DNA of 64,000 bases from positions 1 through 64,000 of the forward strand of contig NIVC01002120.1 of the NCBI GenBank assembly GCA_002269645.1, given 5' to 3'. Positions within the stretch are counted from its first letter, which is position 1; every line of letters begins with the position of its first letter. This document shows positions 10,305-19,200 of this stretch, piece after piece. Under the pieces are notes generated by a model, which saw only the letters and a program-made list of their open reading frames with translations, ran no database searches and had not been told where the DNA came from. This DNA comes from Macrostomum lignano. Lineage: Eukaryota. The position numbers and the translations under genes were made by a program.

Positions 10305-10934
10305 ATGGAAACTAAAAAGATTTGTAGTCGATGTAAAGAAGAGAAACCAATGACTAAAGATTTTTTTAGATGGAGAAATGATTCAAAAAAATTTAGAAAT
10401 GATTGTCGATCTTGTGAGAAAGTTATATCAAAACTGTGGAATAAAAACAATAAAGAATATATAAAAAATAAATATCACACTGATGAAAATTACAAACTTA
10501 TTATCACCTCACGAAATAGAATAAATCAACTATTAAAATCAAATAATGCTCGAAAAAATAATCATACTATTGATTACCTTGGTTGCTCAATTGAATTCTT
10601 TATTGATTGGTTAAATTTCACAAAACATTATTATGTTCCAAAAGACTATGGTGGTGCTTTACATATTGATCATTTTATTCCTGCTTCTTCATTTAATTAC
10701 AAAGACGAAGATCATATGAAAAAGTCTGAACATTGGACAAATAAAAGATACTTAGCTGCTATTGATAATAAAACTAAATTTGTTAAACAACCAACAATTG
10801 AAGAATTTGCAAAACAATTGGTGCTATCATGTATTTTTAAGGCTATAAAAAATGAGCAATCATGCGACGCATGCGAACCAAAGGTTCGATCGGACGAAGT
10901 CCGCGTTCCTTCGGAACGATCAATTAGTATTTGA
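10305..10934 (+). CDS. Free-standing HNH/EndoVII-like homing endonuclease with N-terminal Zn ribbon
   Basis: CSRC...CRSC zinc ribbon; YLGCSIEFF..WL; LHIDHFIPASSF...HWTN...DN. The ATG at 10305 (TAAAATG) is preferred over the TTG at 10281. Confidence 0.8.
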   Translation: METKKICSRCKEEKPMTKDFFRWRNDSKKFRNDCRSCEKVISKLWNKNNKEYIKNKYHTDENYKLIITSRNRINQLLKSNNARKNNHTIDYLGCSIEFFIDWLNFTKHYYVPKDYGGALHIDHFIPASSFNYKDEDHMKKSEHWTNKRYLAAIDNKTKFVKQPTIEEFAKQLVLSCIFKAIKNEQSCDACEPKVRSDEVRVPSERSISI

Positions 10935-12492
10935 AGGAGGATTTTTAGATGTTCAAAAAGGATTAACAAGCTTACCACCAATATTTACTACTGGGAGGTA
11001 TACGGGTGAGCTACACCTACCATCAATGAACTTCACAGGTTATCCCGTGGCCTGAGTGAGGAAGGCAATGTCCTTGCTAGTCACTATTTGTGGCGACATC
11101 TCCAAATTGCGTGAAACCCGTCATACAGCTTCAAGTACCACTTCAATTGAGAAATCTTTTGAACGAACAGAGGTAACTCCTCTTCCCAAAGGTAAAAAGC
11201 TTGAAGACATGGTGGCAATGCGCAGCCAAGCTCCTAAGTATTTTAAATATAAGGAGAAGGTTCAGAGAGCAGACGGAGATGGGCGGTAATTATCGCCGCT
11301 TAAGGTGTGCTCCAGCCTCTTTCGAAAGATTGAGGGTAAACTACCCGGCACTCGCTTAGATTTGAGATTAAATCCTGACAATACTCCAAAATCTGATTCA
11401 ATTCCAATAAATGGGATTGATTGGTTAGCATACTATCACGACTTAGCATATAGAGATGCTGACAAGAACCCGCCCGAGGAAGCATTAAGATTAAAACATG
11501 AAGCCGATCAAAAAATGATTCAAGGATTAGATAACTTGCAGGGATTATCGGTAGGGCAAAGATTAACTAGGTGGATGGTTAAAAAGATTTTGCAGTCTAA
11601 AGTTAAATTTGGTTTGGGAATTAATTATAATCAACATGGAAATAATTGTGTCGAGTGTTTATTATTAAGTGGTGGTGGGTTAAGTTCTGATGAGGCAAAG
11701 ATTCTTCATAAAGAATATCGAAAACCTAAATTTTATAGAAAAATCATGAACTTCAAAAAGAATGAAATTTGGTATGCTGATTTAATGTCGATGCCGAACG
11801 AAAGAGGATATAAATATATCTTAACCATATTAGATGGTTTTACTCGATACGCGTGGGCTGTTCCTTTAAAATCCAAAAAGGGAGAGGAGGTTGCTGCTGC
11901 TTTTAGAAGTCTTGGAGAAAAAAGCGAAAGATTGTGTGTTGATGAAGGAAAAGAATTTTACAATCCTCATATGTATAAATTGTATCATTTTGAAAAAGGA
12001 AAAGAAAGGAAAAAAGACGCGAATGGGGAGTATATTAATAAAATTTATTCTATTTATGGAGAGAGTAAAAACGCATTAATAGAAAGATTTAATCGAACTT
12101 TAGGTAAGAAATTATGGTTTCAGTTTAGTCTTAATGGTAACCAAAAGTGGGTAAAAATATTACCAGACGTAGTGAAAGATTATAACAATTCATATCATTC
12201 AGCTATAAAGATGACTCCTCAACAAGCTTATAACAATCCTGAAAACGTTAAAGTTACTTTTGGAAAATTTGAAAAAAATAAAAAGAAATCTTTTAAGGTT
12301 GGTGATTCTGTTTATATCTATAAATGGAAAGATAAGTTTGAAAAAGGAAGAAAAGGATATTGGAAGATAAGTGAGAAATTTACTATCAGTAAAGTTTTAA
12401 ATACCAATCCTACAACCTATATAATTGCTGATAAGGACGGTGAAGAAATATTGGGTTCGTTTTATGAGAACCAACTAATATCAGCGAACTAA
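10852..12492 (+). CDS. PLA2-integrase fusion, 445 aa after splicing (exons 10852-11040 and 11344-12492)
   Basis: Joining the exons restores ELHLPSMNFTG|PGTRLDLRL...YYHDLAY (parvovirus VP1u-type PLA2). The rve DDE core follows: WYADL, CVDEGKEF, IERFNRTL. Exon 1 is 189 nt and exon 2 is 1149 nt, in frame. Confidence 0.88.
10858..10920 (+). repeat. Two tandem 30-bp double-hairpin elements in the HNH / PLA2-INT overlap
   Basis: aat CATGC-gac-GCATG c GAACC-aaa-GGTTC gat CGGAC-gaa-GTCCG c GTTCC-ttc-GGAAC gat. Confidence 0.92.
11041..11343 (+). ncRNA. Group I self-splicing intron (IE/IC1-like core), 303 nt, no internal endonuclease ORF
   Basis: P1 CAGGU/GCCUG with U.G at the 5' splice site; P3 CATCTCC/GGAGATG; P4 TTGCG/CGCAG; P7 GAGCA/TGCTC; P8 GGCGGT/ATCGCC; P9 with GAAA loop; P9.0 AG/CT. 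Conserved blocks AAATTGCG, GCAGCCAAG, GTTCAGAG and TTAAGGTGTGCTCC. Confidence 0.9.
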
Positions 12493-12502
12493 GTTCGAAC
12501 AA

Positions 12503-12727
12503 TTACTTGAGACAACATGGTAGTAAATTTTTTATAACAAACAAAAACAATATTATTACTATAATTGTTACTAATATTATTATTGACATTTGTTCAACTG
12601 TTATCAAACTTAAATTTTCATTAAGTTCATTAATCGGCACATTTCCGATATAGGAATAGTTTACCTTCATTTTTTTATATATATTTTTCATAATAAAAGT
12701 CGTTTCTGTTATAGAATAATAATTCAT
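12503..12727 (-). CDS. Small protein with one C-terminal TM segment, 74 aa
   Basis: Hydrophobic stretch IIILVTIIVIILFLFVI; TAAAAAAATG start. Confidence 0.55.
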   Translation of the reverse strand: MNYYSITETTFIMKNIYKKMKVNYSYIGNVPINELNENLSLITVEQMSIIILVTIIVIILFLFVIKNLLPCCLK

Positions 12728-12743
12728 TTTTTAAATATTTTTT

Positions 12744-13058
12744 TCACATAAAAATTTCACTTTCATTCTCTGAATCGCTGGTTTCATATGAACTATTTGT
12801 TGATTCGGAATCTGTTGATCTAACCTCCCAATCATCCGAATTTAAATACTCTCCAAGTTGAAATATTAACTCACCCTCTTGTTCTAAATCATACATCTCA
12901 TCTAGCTCTAATGGATAAAGTTTTAGGTCGTGCTTGTCGTCATATTTTAAATAAACTTCATCAATTATTCCATTCAAAATATGTTGTTTTATTATCTCTG
13001 CATTTTTAGCAACAGTCTCAAAAGTATCACTAACAGAAAAGGTGTAAACTCGGGTCAT
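12744..13058 (-). CDS. Small acidic protein, 104 aa
   Basis: TAAAAATG start; acidic Ser-rich tail. Confidence 0.6.
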   Translation of the reverse strand: MTRVYTFSVSDTFETVAKNAEIIKQHILNGIIDEVYLKYDDKHDLKLYPLELDEMYDLEQEGELIFQLGEYLNSDDWEVRSTDSESTNSSYETSDSENESEIFM

Positions 13059-13114
13059 TTTTAGTAACAGAAAAAGACCCTTCGCGCCTGCGGCGCGGGC
13101 AGGGGTTATAGAGT

Positions 13115-13383
13115 AGTAGTATAGAAAAAGACGCTTCTAGATCAGACCTTATTTTAATGGCCGTTTGTAAGGTCTTAAGAGGGGGGACGCGAGGGGGGTG
13201 TTGGGGAGTGTTTGGAAGTGTTGGGAAGTGATTTTTATTGTTAGGGGTGATTATGGGTGATTAGATGTGTTAAGGGTGTTTAGATGTGTTTTTTTATTTA
13301 CCCCCCCGTGTCCCCCCTCTAGACCCTTAAAACGGTCATTAAAAAAGTGCTCTGGGTCTAGAAGCGTCTTTTTCTATACTACT
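13115..13383. repeat. Terminal imperfect inverted repeat: arms about 85 bp, outer 27 bp perfect, G/T-rich spacer
   Basis: AGTAGTATAGAAAAAGACGCTTCTAGA (13115-13141) is the exact reverse complement of 13357-13383. Confidence 0.92.
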
Positions 13384-16279
13384 GGTATTGAGTATGCTCA
13401 ATATATTCTCTGGTAACAAGTAACAATTTCTTGGCTCATAAAGCAGATGGACCCGATTAAATTAAAAAACTAATTTAAACAAAATTTGACGAAATTATCT
13501 TTTTCTATTTTAGATCTACTAAAACAGGCTGGTAAAACAGGAAAAAAACTTGGTGCGCAGAAAAAACATTTATTTTTACTTGTGTACTCATTGCATGATG
13601 TATGATAAGGCCAACCATCAGATTTGACTGCAATCTGCGCCCACTGGGCTGAGGCAAGAAAAGAAGAATTTTTCGCATAAACTACACATGTGGGTTTTGA
13701 CCTTGTTCAGTAGCTATTAAAACACAGCTGTTGAGCCTAAGATATCGGTATTCCTCCCTTTAAGTCAATGGCGTAACCCTAACTCTCCATTTCATCTACT
13801 CGTACCTTTTGGCTTGGCCACCAACAACTTCCAGTTGGCCCTTGGCATCTCAGCGACAGCAATTCCTCCCAAAGTTCCTGGGTCTTGAAATCTCAACAAC
13901 AACACCCGTGAGCCCTTGATATCTCAGCTGTTTATTTGACTATAAATGAAGCAGGGATTTATGAAAATCGACGCCTGCAATTGGATGACTGGACCTTGGA
14001 ACTTGGTTGTCCAATAATTGGTAAATTGGTAGAGTTGCTGTCAAGCTAGCTGGGTAGATCTCAAATTGCCTGGCTGGCCACGTGAGTCACAGGAGTTTAT
14101 TTAGCGGGGCAAGATTTGACTACAGGCAAAATAATATTGGCTGCCCTCCATACGAGTATAGCACACGCACGGGTATGGGTGCTTTAGCCAGTCCCGCGTC
14201 TCCCTCTGGAGGAGCCAACTTGTCCATTATCAAAAGAGGATCTTGTAGATTGAGAGAGAGCCTTAAGGTCGCCGCTTTGCCGGGTTGAGAGGCGGGCAGT
14301 GCGGGTTTTCGCTGGCAGCCGTACTTTTCTCCCAAGCGCCCGCGTGCGTTCACCCGGGGGAAGGTCGCGGGGTAAAGGAGGGGGGGGGAAGAGATGAGGA
14401 TATTAAATCTCGCCCTTCCCTGCCCTGGCCTCTACCGCGCGCTCCCACGCTGGCCAATAAGTTTCCCACACAGCCCTTCACGGCTCTCGTCTCCGTTCAC
14501 CTCTGCCCCCCCCCCTGTACAGCGGAGCCAAGTCAGAGGGCGGGGGCGCAGGCTGGGGAGCCGCATGCAGCGGCAGCAGCAGTACTGTACTGCAGGCATG
14601 CGGGCGGCCCGGGTTAAGCCTACCCCTCCCCCCCCCGCGGCAATGCCTCCCCCTCTCTTTTCTCTCTCCCTCGCCGAGCCACACAACCTCAACAGACGTG
14701 GAGAGAAGCGGAGAGAGAAAAGACAGGAAGGCCCCACAGCACTGCTGAGCAAGGGACGACAAGCTCGACATTGCGCGGGCACGCGACACCCCAACCCCCT
14801 CGCAAGTCACTGCGCCGCATGAGACTCGCATTGATAACTGCTGTGCGCGCCGGATAGCATAAGGACTGGCCTGGTCGGGGCTCAAACCTCAGCTGCGTTC
14901 GACAATTCGAGCCATTCGCAACCAGCAGGAAGACTGCAAGACCGCCAGGGTGAGAGTGACGACTGGGAAAGTCGAGATCGGCTGAAACATTTCTGGTTAG
15001 TCGAATAACTACTTGTGTAACTTTTACAATAGAATATTGAAAGTGATGAAACCCTGGAGCAAAAACAGGGAGCACTCAGAGCGTCACTCCTTTGAGCACT
15101 CCACAGGGCAGTACATGTAGCACTCCGAAGAGCACTCCGAAAAGCACTCCAAGGGGCACTCCAAAAAAGAGCACTAGCTCGTAATTACCAATCAAAAGGG
15201 GCTCTAAAAACCGTAGCGCACCACCTGAGTTCGAGTCCTGCCGCACCGCAGCGGCGCAGTCTCTCAGCTCAGCGTTCCGTTCTTGGCTAGTCGCTCAGAA
15301 AACATTTCTGAGTTCGCTGGCACGAGAGCTCAGTGTTCTGTTCGAGCAAGTCCGCTACAGTTTCTGCTCTCGAAGCTGCAGCAGTCACCGAGCGCACCAG
15401 AATTCTGGCCTGGGGAGGGGCTCTGCAGTTTAACAGAAATTTGCATGGAATCAAAATTCTTCTTCATCAACAGTAAAATTAAGCCTGTAGAATAAGCGGG
15501 TCAGACTGCAGTGCTGCTGCAGTGCAGCCGGGGGCAGGCGGCATCGCTGAGTCATTTCCGCCTCCACTGCGGCCGCTGCATTCTTTGCTAATTCAAGACT
15601 GCTGGCAGCTCGATTTGGATAATTTATATCCATGCAGGGCGGAGACGCTTGCAGTTGGCGCGAGTCCGCCTCCAGTCCTTGCAAAATGCCAATGCCAGCA
15701 GTCCAGAATCCCCTGGCTTGAACTGGCCCGAGAGGGGTTTAATTGAGCAAGCGAACCGGGGCCGATTCCCCAGCTGCATCTCGGCCCGGCAACCCGGCAT
15801 CCGCTAATCTGATTGCCCAGCAGCCACCGCAGGCGGAATAGCAAATTTGAGCGTCCCAGAAGGAACGATCGAAAAAAATGGACCCATCAATTTTTATTCT
15901 TCTCATCATCGCTTTCCACAGGTTTCACTTTCTTAGAAACGGCCAAGGCAGCAGGGAGGCTGGGAGGCCATGACGTCATCGCTCACTCCGCTTTTCTCCC
16001 GTCCCGTCTCTCCCGCCTCATTCCCGCTCGCGTGCTGCCAATGCGGGAAAGCAAAAAACGCTAAGGACGTCTGAGCACCGCAGCTCACCGCCCCCCCGAT
16101 TCCCGCATCTCCACAGGAGGAAAGAAAGGAGAAGAAATCCTTCTGGAGCCCGGGATGGCCTCATCAACTCTAGCCGGCAACTGTCAGCAGCAGAAGCTGC
16201 GATGAGGCGGCCCAGCGCTTCTCGGTAAAAACACTGCAACTGCCGACCCGACGAGACAAGAAGCCCTCAGCTCACCGGC

Positions 16280-19200
16280 ATGCAGCGGCCGAAATCCCTG
16301 CAGCTGACTCTGCCCACTGCCGCGGCCTCCGCTGCGGCCGAATCCGCACCCGCGACCACCTCAGCGCCGGCTTCGGCGTCGACCTCCGCCGCGTCGCCTG
16401 GCGTTGAGGCCATGGAGGAGAACGAACCTCTGACCTCGCCGGCTAAGGCGGACGGCCACGGCGGCTCCAACGGTGAGCAGTCGGTCCGAACGCCGACCAA
16501 CGACATCACCAACATCGCCGATTCCGGGCCCGCGGCGACACAGGCCGCGCCGCAGCAGCTTCAATCGCCGCCGCCAGCCCAGACCCAGCCGGCGCCGCCC
16601 TCGTTGCTCCTCACGCCGCCCCCGCCGCTTTCACTCCAGTCAGCTTTGCCGGCTCGGAGGCCGGCCAGGCCGTCATCGCTGCTGCTCGTCACCCCCGCCG
16701 GCCAGTGGGCCCCGCCGGCCACGCCCCAGCAGCCGGCGGCAACCACGGCAGCCTCCGCCGCCGCCTCCCCGTCCCGGCGCCGGTCCGCGCGCTGCCAAGC
16801 CGGCGGCCGACCTCCCTCTGCCTGCCTTCTCGCTGGACACCCGCTGAGGCCGCCAGCCAGTCGCCGCAAGCTGCAGCCGCCTCCCCTGCGACGCCGACCC
16901 AGCCGACGCCCTCGCCGCTAGGACTGCGCCGGCCGTCGCCGTTCCCGGAGCTTCCGCCTGCCGTAAAGCGGCTTCGGCCAAGCGGCGGCGGCAGCGGCCT
17001 TGCATTTACGCCGGCGGCAAATTTTCTGACCCAGGCACCGGCCGCCACGCCGAGCTCCGAGTTGCCGCCGTCGCCCTTTCCCCCGCCGACGCCTAGCAGC
17101 ACCCTGACGCTGTCCTCGTCCTCTTCCCCATCCACCGAGCCGACAGTCGCCGCAGTTGTTGCCGCCGCTAGCGCCGCGGCCGCTGCCGTTACGGGCGCCG
17201 TCGAGGATGCCGAGATGGCGTCTCCGACCGCCTCCACCGCCTCCTCGACCCTCAGCTGCAGCTCGCAGCTCGGCTTCGTCAAGCCCTACTGGGTGCCGGA
17301 CCGGGACGCCCCGCTCTGCATGCGGTGCGGCGCCAAGTTCACCGTGCTGCGCCGGCGCCACCACTGCCGCGCCTGCGGGCGCGTCCTCTGCTCCGCCTGC
17401 GCCTGCCACACGGCCCGCTTGGCCTTCCTGGGCGGCGCCAAGGCTCGCGTCTGCGCCGCCTGCCACCAGCAGCTGACGCTGCCGCCGCCTCCACCTCCGC
17501 CTCCGCTGCCACCTCCATCGGCGCCTCCGCCACAGCGGCCGCCTGGAGTCCCCCGCCCCGGACTGGCGCCGCAGCCGCCCCGCAGCGTGGTCTTCGAAGA
17601 CGGCGTTCGACCCGGCGCTGTCAGCCCCGACCGCAGAAACGGCCTGGAGCCGAGCCTCGCCCCGCTGGACGGCTCGCAGCTGCCGCCGCTGTGCAGTCAT
17701 GCGCCGCCTCTCGAAGATGCCGAGGCCGCCCTGGCAGCGGGCCGGACGCTGAGCTACCGAGTCTGCCGCAGCGTCCGGGTGACCGCCCGCCTGCTGCAGT
17801 CGCTGCCCTGCTGCACCCCGGCCGGCTCGGCCTGGTGGCTGCTGCTGAGCCGCGGCCTGAGCACCGTTGGCCAGGCGGAGCTGTTCCTGCTCATTCAGCG
17901 GGACGACGGCGAGGCGCTGCCGCCGCCGCACGCCTTCGCTCTGGTGTACTCGGCTTACGAGCGGGCCTACTCGGGCGGCTGGCTGGGCCATCTGGACTTC
18001 CTGCCGGCGCCGAGGCGTCTCGGCCCGTTGCTAGGCGACCGGAGCCACGCCGGTTTGTTGCTGTTCCGGCCGGGTCGCCTGCACTGCACGCTGCACCTGG
18101 GGCTCCCGGCTGAGGCCGGAGGGCAGCCGCCGCTCTGTGGACTGCTGGTGCTCAGGTGAGGGGAATTTGAAGCTCGGGGAATTTGAGGCTTGGGGAATTT
18201 GAAGCTTGGGGAATTTGAAGCTTGGGGAATTTGAAGCTTGGGGAATTTGAAGCTTGGGGAATTTGAAGCTTGGGGAATTTGAAGCTTGGGGAATTTGAAG
18301 CTTGGGGAATTTGAAGCTTGGGGAATTTGAAGCTTGGGGAATTTGAAGCTTGGGGAATTTGAAGCTTGGGGAATTTGAAGCTTGGGGAATTTGAAGCTTG
18401 GGGGGAACTTGAAGCTTGGGGAATTTAAAAGCTTGAGGGGATTTGAAGCTCGGAAAATTTGAAGCTTTGGGAATTTGAAGCTTGGGGGGAACTTGAAGCT
18501 TGGGGAATTTAAAAGCTTGAGGGGATTTGAAGCTCGGAAAATTTGAAGCTTTGGGAATTTGAAGCTTGGGGGAATTTGAAGCTTGGGGAATTTGAAGCTT
18601 AGGGGAATTTGAAGCTTAGGGGAATTTGAAGCTTAGGGGGGTCTGAAGTTTAGGGGAACTTGAAGTTTAGGGGAATTTGAAGCTCAGGGGAGTCTGAAGT
18701 TTAGGGGAACTTGAAGTTTAGGGGAATTTGAAGCTTAGGGGAGTCTGAAGCTTAGGGGAATTTGAAGCTTAGGGGAATTTGAAGCTTAGGGGAATTTGAA
18801 GCTTAGGGGGGTCTGAAGTTTAGGGGAACTTGAATCTTAGGGGAATTTGAAGCTTAGAGGAATTTGAAAGGATTGTGAAGTGTAAAAGCCAGCGAATTTT
18901 GGTGTGATCGGAAGTGACCCAAGTCCTTTTTAGTCGCATTTTGAGGTAAGAAAATTGTAAATAATTGTGGCAGCTTTTAGCGAATGGCGTCATATATTTC
19001 CCCCAATAAATTGTCAGCCTTCGGGGCAAAGCCTTCAGCTTCCGAGCGCGCAGTTTCCACCGGGAATTCCACACCCCCAGGTCGTTCGCCGCGAACGCTA
19101 ATTCGGGTCAATGGAAGCCCAGCCTGATGGAGCGCCCAGCCTCCCCCTGCTTACCTCGCTTGCCCCGACAACCCCCACCCCTGATAAGACGCGTCGCCAG

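Larger units (their letters stand above)
1..13383. mobile_element. Endogenous Polinton/Maverick (adintovirus-like) element, right part; left end lies upstream of the window
   Basis: The diagnostic gene set is present (pPolB, adenain protease, A32 ATPase, MCP, mCP, rve integrase) in AT-rich DNA. It ends ...CTATACTACT at 13383 (reverse complement AGTAGT, the usual Polinton terminus), followed by GGTATT (candidate 6-bp TSD). Confidence 0.95.

Noticed and set aside
10852-11289. ORFs 10852-11055 and 11056-11289 as independent genes
   Set aside because: The first is exon 1 running into the intron; the second lies wholly in the ribozyme core and has no protein motif.
11334-11343. Alternative 3' splice site after G11334 (keeps frame and gives a canonical omega-G)
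   Set aside because: It would insert GKL into the GPG loop, and G11334 is paired in P9. P9.0 and P10 point to 11343. Not fully excluded without cDNA.
15180-15250. tRNA-like segment with a CTCTAAA loop (amber anticodon) and GTTCGAGTCC box
   Set aside because: The anticodon stem has two mismatches and no convincing D or acceptor stems form; at most a SINE relic.
14082-16240. Numerous short overlapping ORFs in GC-rich DNA upstream of the SARA-like gene
   Set aside because: No domains or consistent splice pattern; expected from GC content. The same applies to shadow ORFs antisense to SARA, RTE and DGK.
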